Below, in pieces: positions 8,350 to 18,406 of a DNA stretch of 64,000 nt (position 1 is the first letter of the stretch; every line of letters begins with the position of its first letter). The notes beneath the pieces were generated by a model. That model was not told where the DNA came from. It worked only from the letters and a program-made list of their open reading frames with translations, and did not search any database. The position numbers were made by a program, and so were the translations under genes. Source of the DNA: Candidatus Cloacimonadales bacterium (GTDB taxonomy: Bacteria; Cloacimonadota; Cloacimonadia; Cloacimonadales; JAFGVF01); the NCBI GenBank assembly GCA_963677495.2, contig CAXXOU010000004.1, positions 480,001 to 544,000 of the forward strand. The letters run 5' to 3'.

Positions 8350-8709
8350 ATGGAAAGGAAATGTATTATTAGTGATAAATCATTAGCGTTCGCTGTTAGG
8401 ATTGTAAATTTAAGTAAATACTTAAGAGATAAGTGTCATGAAAGAACCTTATCCGTTCAAATCCTTAGATCCGGTACATCAATTGGTGCGAATATTGAAG
8501 AAGCAAATGGAGCTCAATCAGATAAAGACTTTATCGCTAAAATGAGCATTGCCTATAAAGAATGCAGAGAAACAAAGTACTGGTTAACTTTACTCCACAA
8601 AACAGACTATCTTAATGAAGCTCAATATGAATCACTCATGAAAGACAATCTAGAACTACTCAAAATCATTATCGCAATTATCAAAACTAAAAAGCAAAAT
8701 ATGAAATAA
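8350..8709 (+). CDS. four helix bundle protein (IVP/TIGR02436-like), copy 1
   Basis: KSLAFAVRIV..QILRSGTSIGANIEEA..DFIAKMSIAYKECRETKYWL; start set to match copy 2 (ORF track 8344). Confidence 0.93.
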   Translation: MERKCIISDKSLAFAVRIVNLSKYLRDKCHERTLSVQILRSGTSIGANIEEANGAQSDKDFIAKMSIAYKECRETKYWLTLLHKTDYLNEAQYESLMKDNLELLKIIIAIIKTKKQNMK

Positions 8710-8787
8710 GCAATAGCTTATAGTCTGTAGGTTTTTACTAAATAATTATCTTATTGACATTTAGATGATTGCTATCAGTATATAATT

Positions 8788-9144
8788 ATGGAAAGGGAAT
8801 GTATTATTAGTGATAAATCATTAGCGTTCGCTGTTAGGATTGTAAATCTAAGTAAATACTTAAGAGATAAGTGTCATGAAAGAACCTTATCTGTTCAAAT
8901 CCTTAGATCCGGTACATCGATTGGTGCGAACATTGAAGAAGCGAATGGGGCTCAATCAGATAAAGACTTTATCGCTAAAATGAGCATTGCCTATAAAGAA
9001 TGCAGAGAAACAAAGTATTGGTTAACTTTACTTCACAAAACAGATTATCTCAATGAAGCTCAATATGAATCACTCATGAAAGACAATTTAGAACTACTCA
9101 AAATCATTATCGCAATTATCAAAACTAAAAAGAAGAAGATGTAA
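8788..9144 (+). CDS. four helix bundle protein, copy 2 (tandem duplicate, 438-bp unit)
   Basis: identical to copy 1 except K4E and the C-terminal tail. Confidence 0.93.
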   Translation: MERECIISDKSLAFAVRIVNLSKYLRDKCHERTLSVQILRSGTSIGANIEEANGAQSDKDFIAKMSIAYKECRETKYWLTLLHKTDYLNEAQYESLMKDNLELLKIIIAIIKTKKKKM

Positions 9145-9145
9145 A

Positions 9146-9205
9146 AAGCTATAGGCTGTAGGCTATTCGCTATAGGCTCTCTTTCAGCTATAGGCTTTTA
9201 GTTAT
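9146..9205 (-). repeat. 7-mer array, reverse complement of the 8191-8281 array
   Basis: aagctat aggctgt aggctat tcgctat aggctct ... agctat aggcttt. Confidence 0.85.
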
Positions 9206-9416
9206 CTTCAACTTAAGGAAAAAGGATCCCAACAAAGTTAATCCTGCTTGGAAAGGAATAAGTCTAAAATTAAAATCTTGACACACAAAAAATACGTCTT
9301 AATAATGTATGTATGAATTAGTTGAGTCCGTGCCTTCATTGAAGAGTAATGCTCTCACAGAATGCAGTTTCAACTTTACCAACAACAACCATTTAACCAA
9401 AACTGGAGGAAGTATT

Positions 9417-11084
9417 ATGAAAAAGCTTATCATGTTTTTACCCTTGTTTTTCCTCATCAGCAATGTTCTTACACAATCCAGAGAAGAGTGGATTTGGTCA
9501 GCAACAGCCGGTGGGAGTAACAACGACTGGGGTACAGGTATTGCCATCGATGAAAGTGGCAATAGCTATATAACAGGGACTTTTGAATTAACAGCAAATT
9601 TCGGATCAACGTCTATAACGAGTAACGGCACAAAGGATATCTTTGTTGCAAAACTAGACCCTGAAGGTAACTATCTTTGGTCAACACATGCCGGCGGTAA
9701 CATTGGTGACTGGGCTTATGACATATCTACGGATAATGAAGGTAACAGCTATGTCACAGGAGTGATAACAGGCACAGTCACTTTTGATGCAATAACACTC
9801 GTTTCCAATGGAGGATGGGATATCTTTGTTGCAAAATTAGATTCTCTTGGAAGCTGGGAGTGGGCTATTAATGCAGGAGGAGCTGCTGCAGATCAGGGTC
9901 TGGCAATTGCAACAAACGAAGAAGGAGATTCTTTTGTTACCGGAACTTTCGAAGATAATGCAACTTTTGGGATATTACCATTCACTAGTAATGGATGGGA
10001 TGATATCTTTGTTATGAAAGTTGATACTTGGGGTAATATCATTTGGGTATATCAATGCGGTGGAACCGGTTCAGATGAAGGAACCGGCATCACTGTTGAT
10101 GACAATGATAACTGCTTTTTTACAGGTTCATTCAGCGATACTGCTACTTTTGGACCAACATCCCTGACGAGTGACGGACAGTATGATATCTTCATTAGTA
10201 AAATTGACCAATATGGCAGTTGGCAGTGGACGAATCGTGCCGGAGGGACGGATGATGATTATGGAAGCTGTGTTGATTTAGATAATAGTGGATATTGCTA
10301 CATTGGTGGTGAGTTTGAAGGAACAGCTTCATTTGGACCATACTCTTTAATCAATAGTGGAAACTGGTATGATATTTATGTCGCAAAACTTGATGAATTC
10401 GGTAATTGGGAATGGGCTAACTCAGCTCATGGATCAACACCGGAAGATTGTGAAGCCATTGCTGTTGATAGTAGGGGTAATGCTACTATCACAGGCTATT
10501 TCAACGGTACTTTGGAGTTTGGATCAATAGTCCTTACAGACAGTGATGCTGTTACATTTGATGGTTATATCGCTAAAATCAACAATGCAGGTACCTGGTT
10601 ATGGGCTGAAAGTTTCGGTAACACCAATGGAGAAGATTGCAATGGTGTCGTAATCGATAATTTTGGTTCAAGCTACATAACCGGCTATTTTACAAATACT
10701 TTATCTATCGGTGGAGCGTGGTTAAATAGTCATGGTGGTAGAGACATATTAACTGCCAAGTATGGTTTTCCACCATTAGATAATGATGGAACAGCTTGTG
10801 AACCAAATTCTCTGCATATCAACAGTTATCCAAACCCATTCTGTACAACCAATAAGCTTACTTACAATGTTTCACAGACCGGGAACGTCAAGCTGGAAGT
10901 GTTTAACATGCGTGGACAACTTGTAAAACAGTTATTACATGATTACCAAACTAAGGGTGAACATTCATTAAGCTGGGATGGAATGGACGCAAACGGAAAG
11001 CAGGTTCCATCAGGTTTATATTTCTACAAGATTTCTTTAGATAATGCCATTATGACACATAAAGTAGTTGTTCTAAAAGATTAA
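9417..11084 (+). CDS. secreted SBBP-repeat beta-propeller protein with C-terminal FlgD-Ig/T9SS-like sorting domain
   Basis: GGAGG RBS then MKKLIMFLPLFFLIS signal; repeated D..GNSYITG.F...DIFVAKLD..G..W; SYPNPF...WDG.D.NG..V.SGLYFY. Confidence 0.9.
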   Translation: MKKLIMFLPLFFLISNVLTQSREEWIWSATAGGSNNDWGTGIAIDESGNSYITGTFELTANFGSTSITSNGTKDIFVAKLDPEGNYLWSTHAGGNIGDWAYDISTDNEGNSYVTGVITGTVTFDAITLVSNGGWDIFVAKLDSLGSWEWAINAGGAAADQGLAIATNEEGDSFVTGTFEDNATFGILPFTSNGWDDIFVMKVDTWGNIIWVYQCGGTGSDEGTGITVDDNDNCFFTGSFSDTATFGPTSLTSDGQYDIFISKIDQYGSWQWTNRAGGTDDDYGSCVDLDNSGYCYIGGEFEGTASFGPYSLINSGNWYDIYVAKLDEFGNWEWANSAHGSTPEDCEAIAVDSRGNATITGYFNGTLEFGSIVLTDSDAVTFDGYIAKINNAGTWLWAESFGNTNGEDCNGVVIDNFGSSYITGYFTNTLSIGGAWLNSHGGRDILTAKYGFPPLDNDGTACEPNSLHINSYPNPFCTTNKLTYNVSQTGNVKLEVFNMRGQLVKQLLHDYQTKGEHSLSWDGMDANGKQVPSGLYFYKISLDNAIMTHKVVVLKD

Positions 11085-11104
11085 CTTCTAGTTTTAGAAA
11101 CATG

Positions 11105-11137
11105 AGAAGGTTGTGAGAACAACCTTCTTTTCTTTTT
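11105..11137 (+). terminator. rho-independent terminator
   Basis: agaaggttgt-gaga-acaaccttct followed by a T-rich tract. Confidence 0.8.
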
Positions 11138-11138
11138 C

Positions 11139-11227
11139 TAATCCTATATGGATTACGTAACAATAGTCATAGGTTTCAATCTATGAGAAATGAATCTCCC
11201 AATCAATAATCGACCCTACATGGGTCG
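11139..11227. repeat. REP-like triple-hairpin module (copy of 7755-7840)
   Basis: taatcc..ggatta / cataggtttcaatctatg / cgaccctacatgggtcg. Confidence 0.8.
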
Positions 11228-11256
11228 CACTAAATCGTAGCCTATAGCCCAAAAAA

Positions 11257-11405
11257 TGCTTCCCAGAACCACCAGATTCATCTGGTGGCTAGACTAAAAC
11301 CAAAGAAACCCAACCCCACCCACATTCCGAAACGAAATGTGGGTGGGGAAGATAGTTCGGAAGATGCTACTGCCCCTACTTGAAAGTAGGGGTTTCGGGG
11401 AAGCA
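11257..11405. repeat. three-hairpin element closed by tgcttccc/gggaagca
   Basis: ccaccagattcatctggtgg; ccccacccacatt..aatgtgggtgggg; cccctacttgaaagtagggg. Confidence 0.75.
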
Positions 11406-11472
11406 AATCTCAATTATCGCTCTATTCCCATGCTTTTATCATGACTAATAACCACATAAATCTAAGGAGACT

Positions 11473-11545
11473 CTTGCATAACCCTTGCATAAATCCTGCA
11501 TAACTATGCAAGAGAGTTGTAAGATTCTTGTATGTTGGTTGAAGG
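11473..11545. repeat. 11-bp-period TGCATA array with inverted copies
   Basis: (t/c)tgcata at 11474, 11485, 11496; tgcaag/tgtaag/tgtatg/tgaagg at 11507, 11518, 11529, 11540. Confidence 0.7.
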
Positions 11546-11709
11546 GTTTGTGCGCTTGTTGTTCGGGGGTGATTCGAGTGAGAAAAGGGACAAGGGAGTA
11601 TCTTTTTAGCTAATGTTCTAACACTCTTGATTGGGTAGGAATAAGTTCATTCTTGACAACTGAATGTTAATATATATATTTAAAGCATAAAATATTACAA
11701 GGGATCATT

Positions 11710-13259
11710 ATGGGTAAAACATTGGTATTTTTATTTCTGTTTTTGGTAACTGCTTCTTTTGCTGAAATGAATCAACTAAGAATTGAAGGTAAAGCAAAAT
11801 TTCAAGATGGAATAATGATATCCAAGGATATTGTGGACAAGAATATGGAGCAAGCAGCTCTTATTGTGTTTCTGACTGATCTTGATGTTGACATAGTTTT
11901 TCGCCCATCCAATGGATTAGTACGCCCAGTTCTAGATAGAACACCTGGAAGATATGAGGTCTTTGTCTCTCCAGGTGAACGCTACATAACTGTTAATGCT
12001 ACAAAATATCAAGAATTCGAAGTTGTTCTATCGACTTATGGAATTCGTAGGTTAAGGAGTGGAGAAGTCTATGAGCTAAAAATCACATCAAAAGCAAAAG
12101 AAAACAACATAGCAATCAATATTTTTTCTGACCAAGAAGATGCGAGTGTTTTTCTTGATAATACTTATGTAGGCTTTATTAAAAATGGATTGTTACAAGT
12201 AGAAAATATCTTTACTGGTAAGCATCTACTTAAAATAAAGAAACCTGGCTTTAAACCATATAATGATGATATTTATGTAAGTTTAGAGAGCAATAGCTTC
12301 ACAGCAACTTTATTTGCTGCTGAACTAGATGCCGTTGATTTTCGATTTACTTCATACCCGAGTGGAGCAGAAATATATATTGATAACAAGTTGCAAGTTG
12401 ACTCAAAAACTAGCTGTGTTATTCCACTATATCCAGACAAGTATGAGATAACTCTTAAGCTTGATGAGTATATTGAACACCACACAGAAATAACGGTATC
12501 TCAGAAAGAAACGAAAATCCTGCACTATGATTTTCTGAAAAATGATATTTATAATAATTATGATAAAAATTTGCTTGATTTACTTTATCTAATAAAAGAC
12601 AATGGCTCCATAACTCAATTCAATAGTGGATTCTTGCTTGCTTCAAATCCCTTTAATAAGAGAAGCCGTAGAGGTGGATCTGTTTTTTTTAACACGCTTT
12701 ATACTTCTGCAGGTCTACAATATCACTTCCCTATACTTGCGAAAGGTTCTGTCATTGTACCAATAGATTCTTACAAGATAACTAAATCTTATTATGCTGG
12801 AGCAAGTCTAATCGGAGATATGATAATTGGGCAAGATAGTGCAATTATTGATTTACTATCTTTGAATTGTGGTCTAATTCTTTCTTCGAATAGCTTACGA
12901 CATAGGCTAATTTTAGATGTAGATGCCTTTGGGAAGATGATAGGATACCTTAACAATAAGTTTAAGTTGGATTCAGGTGTTTCAATAGTAGCTGTTGATG
13001 AAGAATCTAACGATACGGAATCTTTGCCTCTTGCATGGGTACCATTTCATTTGTCTGCTCGTTATGAAAACATTATTTATAAGTCTATAGGATTATCTGT
13101 TATAGCTGGTGCTTTTATTATAACTCCTCCTGATGTTAATTTGGGTTTATGGAAGATGACATCGATAACTGGTTACCAAATACAAGTGGAGAACAAAAAC
13201 CTGACATTTCAGTACTTGATTCGGTGATACCATACTTTGGAGTAGGTATCAGATTTTGA
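11710..13259 (+). CDS. PEGA domain-containing exported protein; frameshift near 13140-13150, true C-terminus probably ...PYFGVGIRF ending 13259
   Basis: signal peptide; two PEGA repeats (SDQEDASVFLDN..GKHLLKIKKPGF; TSYPSGAEIYID); ORF track stops at 13227 but another frame gives a beta-signal-like end. Confidence 0.8.
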
Positions 13260-13301
13260 CAGCGATTGTAATCTCGATTGGAAAAAAATTGTGTCCACGT
13301 T

Positions 13302-13600
13302 TTCTTAAGAACCAAATGCAACGAGAAAGTATTATCAAATCAAATCCTTAGATCCGGTACATCAATTGGTGCGAATATTGAAGAAGCAAATGGAGCTCAG
13401 TCTGATAAGGACTTTGTATCAAAATTGGAGCATTGCCTATAAAGAATGCCGTGAAAACGCTTTATTGGTTAACTCTCCTACATGAAACTGATTACATAGA
13501 TGACAACCAGTACAATTCTATGAGTCAAGATTGCACTGAGCTACTCAAGATAATAATCGTTAATATAAAGACAAAGAAGAAGAATATGGCAACATCTTAG
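13302..13600 (+). pseudogene. four helix bundle protein, 5'-truncated and frameshifted third copy
   Basis: FLRTKCNEKVLSNQILRSGTSIGANIEEANGAQSDKDFVSKL /+1/ SIAYKECRE /+1/ TLYWLTLLHETDY...KTKKKNMATS*; degenerate 7-mers follow at about 13620-13725. Confidence 0.85.
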
Positions 13601-13774
13601 TAATCTACAATTAATAATCAATAGTCTATAGTCATTTGCTGCCAGCTACTAAACAATAGATCATAAACTCTTAACTCTTATCTATAAACTGAAGATTATG
13701 GACTATCGACTATTAACTATAGCAATCAGCTATTTTCTCTTGACACTATCAAACCCTCTAAAACTGTTTAAGCT

Positions 13775-14941
13775 ATGGAAATAACAGTCAAAAAATTCGG
13801 TGGGACATCGGTTGCCAGCATAGAGAAGATAAAACGGATTGCGGAGAACCTTGCGGATGCTAAGCGTCGGGGGGAGAACATTGTGACCGTTGTGTCGGCT
13901 ATGGGGAAGACGACTGATAACCTTACCAGACTTGCATATAAAGTGACTGGTAACCCCGGGAAACGTGAGATGGATATGCTTTTGACAGCAGGGGAGAGGA
14001 TAAGTATGTCCCTGCTCTCTATCGCACTTCAGGACCTTGGGGTTGAGTCAATCTCATTTACCGGCTCACAGAGCGGGATAATCACTAACTGTAATCACGG
14101 TAATGCCCGGATTCTGGATGTGAAGGCTTTCAGAATCAGAGAGGAACTTGAAAAAGGTAAACTTGTGATTGTTGCCGGGTTCCAGGGAGTTAGCGGACAG
14201 AAAGAGGTTACGACCCTCGGAAGAGGTGGTTCTGATACAACAGCAGTGGCTTTAGCTGCATATCTTGGAGCAAAGCGTTGTGAGATCTATACAGATGTTG
14301 ACGGAATCTATTCAACTGATCCACGCTATAACGACAATGCCAACAGATTAGAGCAGATTGACTATGACAGTTGCATTGCCCTTGCAGCCCGTGGAGCACA
14401 GGTGATACACCCGCGAGCAGTTGAATTTGCAAGTATTTACGATATTAAAGTTGAAGTGAAATCGTCCTTCACATTTGCCGAAGGAACGATGATAGGAGAT
14501 ATAGAAGAGATGGAAGAACGCAGAATAACAGCAATAACATCAAAAGAGAAGCTTGTGGCAGTTACACTTGATGAGAATTGTGACTTTGGAAAAGTAATCG
14601 AAAGCATCACTTTTGGTCTGTTTGCTTATGAGATTGATAAAGGCAAGCTTGTTCTGTTCATTGAAGATAAATGCAAGGATGAACTGGTTGATGTTCTTAA
14701 TGAACTTGAATGTCAACCGTGCTTAATGCAGGACAAACTGAGCTGTCTGACAGCTGTGGGAGCAGGAATCCACTCGAATCTGAAGCTTGTGAAAGAACTG
14801 ATTGATTTCTTCAAAGCCAAAGATATTGACATTACTTATATGAACACACCGATAAATGGAATCTCCTTTTACTTGGAAAACATAGAAACAACAGAATTAG
14901 TAACTGAAATACATAATAGATTTATAGAAATTAAGGATTAA
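13775..14941 (+). CDS. lysC: aspartate kinase
   Basis: KFGGTSV, VVSAMG, TLGRGGSDTTA, IYTDVDG. Confidence 0.95.
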   Translation: MEITVKKFGGTSVASIEKIKRIAENLADAKRRGENIVTVVSAMGKTTDNLTRLAYKVTGNPGKREMDMLLTAGERISMSLLSIALQDLGVESISFTGSQSGIITNCNHGNARILDVKAFRIREELEKGKLVIVAGFQGVSGQKEVTTLGRGGSDTTAVALAAYLGAKRCEIYTDVDGIYSTDPRYNDNANRLEQIDYDSCIALAARGAQVIHPRAVEFASIYDIKVEVKSSFTFAEGTMIGDIEEMEERRITAITSKEKLVAVTLDENCDFGKVIESITFGLFAYEIDKGKLVLFIEDKCKDELVDVLNELECQPCLMQDKLSCLTAVGAGIHSNLKLVKELIDFFKAKDIDITYMNTPINGISFYLENIETTELVTEIHNRFIEIKD

Positions 14942-14944
14942 TAG

Positions 14945-16963
14945 ATGGGAAAATATTTAGTAACAAGTGCTTTGCCGTATGCGAACGGTAAACTTCATAT
15001 TGGGCATGTTGCCGGTGCTTATTTACCGGCTGATATATTTGTGAGATACAGAAGATTGCATGAAGAGGATGTAATCTATATTTGTGGAACTGATGAGCAT
15101 GGTGCACCAATCTCTATTGCAGCCGAGAAAGAGGGTTTGACCCCACAGGATATCGTTGATCGTTATCATAAGAGCATTAAAGATAGCTTTGACGGACTTA
15201 ACATAGACTTCGATAACTTCTCAGGAACTGCAAGAAAACCACATCATGGTCTTGCCCAACAGTTCTTCACTGAGCTCTTGGAAAATGGTTACATTACAAC
15301 AAAGCATGGAAAGCAGTTCTTTGATGAGAAAGAGAACAGATTCCTGCCTGATAGATATATAGAGGGTATATGCCCTCATTGTAAAGCTGAAGGTGCTCGT
15401 GGAGACCAATGCGATGCATGTGGTAAGCTTATTGACGCAGAAACCTTGATTAATCCTGTAAGTAAGATTTCAGGCTCTACACCTGTACTTAAAGAGACCT
15501 TCCACTGGTACCTTGACCTGCCTAAGTTTAATGAGAAACTGCAAACATGGCTCGGAAGTAAGGATTACTGGAAAGAGAATGTTGTGAACTTCATTATGAG
15601 TTGGTTGAAAGAGGGCCTTATCGAAAGAGCTATCACCAGAGACATTAATTGGGGTGTCCCGGTTCCTGTTGAAGAAGCAATAAACAAAGTTCTTTACGTA
15701 TGGTTTGACGCTCCAATCGGTTACATTTCATCTACCAAAGAGTGGGCTGCGCGTATCGGTGAACCTGAAAGATGGAAAGATTACTGGCTTGATCAGGAAA
15801 CTAAGATGATTCACTTTATCGGAAAAGATAATATTCCGTTCCATACGATTATCTGGCCTGCACTCTTAATGGGTCAGAATGAAGGTTATGTCTTGCCTTA
15901 CGATGTTCCTGCTAATGAATACCTTACACTTGAGGGTGATAAGATCTCTACAAGCCGTAATTGGGCTATCTGGGTAGAGGATTTCCTTAAGCACTTTGAT
16001 GGTGAGTATCTGAGATATGTCTTAGCTGCCAATGCACCTGAGAGTAAAGATGCAGATTTCAACTGGAAGGAGTTCCAGGGTAAGATAAACAGTGAACTGA
16101 ACAACGTATTCGGTAACCTTGTGAACCGTGTGTTCACATTTACAAAGAAACGCTTTGAAGGTGTTATTGCAAAACCTGATAATCTTAGTGATAGTGCTGT
16201 AAATGCACTTTTAGAAGTTGATGCACTTATCGCAGAAGTTGATAAAGCTTATGCAAACTATCAGGTACGAAGAGCTGTTAAAACAATTATGGACATTGCG
16301 CGTGTCGGTAATAAGTTCTTTGATGAAACCCAGCCTTGGAAGACTGTGAAAGAGACTCCTGAGCTTACAAAAGAGACTCTCTATGTTTGTGGTGAGATTA
16401 TCAGAAAGGTATCTGTTATCTTCTACCCTGTGATTCCAAAGCACATTGAACGCTTGAGAACTATGATGAATCTTGAACCAAAACCTGTTTGGAACAATAT
16501 TAATAAAGAACAAACGATTGAACTTGGAGAGATTACAGCACTGTTCAGTAAAGTTGAAGACAAGCAGGTTGAAGAGCAGTTAGCAATATTAGAAGCAAAT
16601 TCAAAAGCGAACCAGAAGAAAGAGGTTGTACCTTTCAAAGATGAGGTAGAGTTTGATGACTTCATGAAGTTAGACTTCAGAGTTGTGAAGATTATCTCTG
16701 CTGAGAAGGTTAAGAAAGCTAATAAGCTTCTTAAGGTGGAAGTTGAAGATGGCACAGGTATCAGAACAGTTGTTGCCGGTGTTGCCAAGTTCTACAAGCC
16801 GGAAGATATCGTTGGTAAGAAAGTTATCATGCTTGTAAATCTAAAACCAAGAAAGCTGAGAGGAATCGAGTCACAGGGTATGATTTTAGCATGCTCAGAC
16901 GATGAGAACCTTTCATTCCTTTCTCCTGAAAAAGACTTTGATCCGGGGACAATAGTATCATAA
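14945..16963 (+). CDS. metG: methionine--tRNA ligase with C-terminal tRNA-binding domain
   Basis: ALPYANGKLHIGH, CGTDEHG, YVWFDAPIGY, KISTS, C-terminal OB fold (NLKPRKLRGIESQGM). Confidence 0.98.
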   Translation: MGKYLVTSALPYANGKLHIGHVAGAYLPADIFVRYRRLHEEDVIYICGTDEHGAPISIAAEKEGLTPQDIVDRYHKSIKDSFDGLNIDFDNFSGTARKPHHGLAQQFFTELLENGYITTKHGKQFFDEKENRFLPDRYIEGICPHCKAEGARGDQCDACGKLIDAETLINPVSKISGSTPVLKETFHWYLDLPKFNEKLQTWLGSKDYWKENVVNFIMSWLKEGLIERAITRDINWGVPVPVEEAINKVLYVWFDAPIGYISSTKEWAARIGEPERWKDYWLDQETKMIHFIGKDNIPFHTIIWPALLMGQNEGYVLPYDVPANEYLTLEGDKISTSRNWAIWVEDFLKHFDGEYLRYVLAANAPESKDADFNWKEFQGKINSELNNVFGNLVNRVFTFTKKRFEGVIAKPDNLSDSAVNALLEVDALIAEVDKAYANYQVRRAVKTIMDIARVGNKFFDETQPWKTVKETPELTKETLYVCGEIIRKVSVIFYPVIPKHIERLRTMMNLEPKPVWNNINKEQTIELGEITALFSKVEDKQVEEQLAILEANSKANQKKEVVPFKDEVEFDDFMKLDFRVVKIISAEKVKKANKLLKVEVEDGTGIRTVVAGVAKFYKPEDIVGKKVIMLVNLKPRKLRGIESQGMILACSDDENLSFLSPEKDFDPGTIVS

Positions 16964-18369
16964 AAAGAATTATATCCTTAGCCCTCTTGCTATGTGCATT
17001 AGCATCACTCTTCTCATTTGAGATAGATGGGGAAGAGCTATATGTGCATGTATTGATTGCCTCCGGTGATTCGTTGATGCTCGATTCTGTGACCTTTGAT
17101 CTAGTAGGTAAAGAAGTGGAATCATTATCTACTCCGGTAAAAGTCACCATTGATACGACTTACGCTGACATTAAGTATCTTACAAAGGAAAGACAGCAGT
17201 ATGCTGATCGTTGGATTGAGCATAGGTTGTTCTTAAAAGATATGCATTTATCAGAGGTTGACGAGTGGTATTATAGGCTGAATAATCTGGAAGTTATGAT
17301 GCATAAGAAATCGGGTGGTGGAGAGCTAATTGAAAGAGAGATTCACTATGGCAGGTTCTTGCTGAATAGTAATGGGGAAGAGAGATATACTACTTCTAAT
17401 ATAACAAAATTCGATGCAGTTGCATTGACAATAGATGGTTTTGAGGGTACCTATTCCGGTACCTTCAGTTTACTTGCACATGAAGGCAAGATTGGGATTG
17501 TACAAAAAGTCCCATTTGAGGAATATGTGATTGGTGTTGTCGCTTCTGAGATAGGTGATTTTGCACCTGATGAAGCACTGAAAGCACAGGCTATTGCTGC
17601 CAGAACCAAGACAATACGAACACTTATGCATCCCAAAGTGATTACTCTTTACTTTGATTTCTGTAACACAACTACAACTCAAGTTTACAGAGGAACTGAT
17701 AAGGTAAGAGCTAATATCAGAGAAGCAGTAGAAGCCACAAAAAGTGAAGTTCTCACATACAATGATACTATTATTGATGCACTCTTTAGTAGCAACTGTG
17801 GGGGAGTGACAGAATCAAACAACAATGTGTGGAACGGTGATCCTATCCCTTACCTGCAAAGTGTTGTTGATATGAAAGCTGCCGGAAAGTATAACCTTAG
17901 AAGTGAATCAGGTGTTAAGAACTGGATAGATTCAAAGACCACACCAAAGACAAAGCAGAAGCTTGCCAGTTGGCAAAGGAAGTATTTCCATTGGGTTAGG
18001 CATGTCAGAGTTGAAGATGTGAAAGCTAAGACCGGATTAGATAGAGTTAAGAATATTAAAGTTCTTAAAAGAGGTGATTCCGGTAGAATCTTACAGTTAG
18101 AGATTAGTGGCAATGAGAAGATTGTCCTCAAAAACCAAAGTGAGATAAGGGCTACATTCGGTGGATTACCAAGCTCCATGTGTTACTTTGAAAGAACCAA
18201 AAGCGGATTCAAAGTAATCGGAAGAGGATACGGTCACGGAGTTGGTATGTGCCAATCGGGTGCAATAGTGAAAGCATTTCAAGGTTGGGATTACAAGAAA
18301 ATACTCATGCATTTTTACCAAAATGCAAAGATAGATACTATAAAGATTTTGGATATTTATAAGAAATAG
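16960..18369 (+). CDS. SpoIID/LytB domain protein (lytic transglycosylase-like); start probably ATA at 16960 (ORF track 16987)
   Basis: EEYVIGVVASE..EALKAQAIAART, QVYRG, FSSNCGG, GYGHGVGMCQ.GA; in-frame extension IKRIISLALLLCALASLFS forms a signal peptide. Confidence 0.9.
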   Translation: MKRIISLALLLCALASLFSFEIDGEELYVHVLIASGDSLMLDSVTFDLVGKEVESLSTPVKVTIDTTYADIKYLTKERQQYADRWIEHRLFLKDMHLSEVDEWYYRLNNLEVMMHKKSGGGELIEREIHYGRFLLNSNGEERYTTSNITKFDAVALTIDGFEGTYSGTFSLLAHEGKIGIVQKVPFEEYVIGVVASEIGDFAPDEALKAQAIAARTKTIRTLMHPKVITLYFDFCNTTTTQVYRGTDKVRANIREAVEATKSEVLTYNDTIIDALFSSNCGGVTESNNNVWNGDPIPYLQSVVDMKAAGKYNLRSESGVKNWIDSKTTPKTKQKLASWQRKYFHWVRHVRVEDVKAKTGLDRVKNIKVLKRGDSGRILQLEISGNEKIVLKNQSEIRATFGGLPSSMCYFERTKSGFKVIGRGYGHGVGMCQSGAIVKAFQGWDYKKILMHFYQNAKIDTIKILDIYKK

Positions 18370-18406
18370 AACTTCTATAGTTTCTTTCATATAAGTGGCA
18401 TACTCG

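Noticed and set aside
9309..9416. N-terminal extension of the SBBP protein, or a riboswitch in this leader
   Set aside because: The RBS and signal peptide point to ATG 9417; no riboswitch consensus recognised
8191..13600. Diversity-generating retroelement or 23S rRNA intervening sequence (four-helix/Avd-like genes)
   Set aside because: No reverse transcriptase, no TR/VR pair with adenine-specific differences (copy differences are mostly synonymous transitions), and no rRNA sequence around the genes
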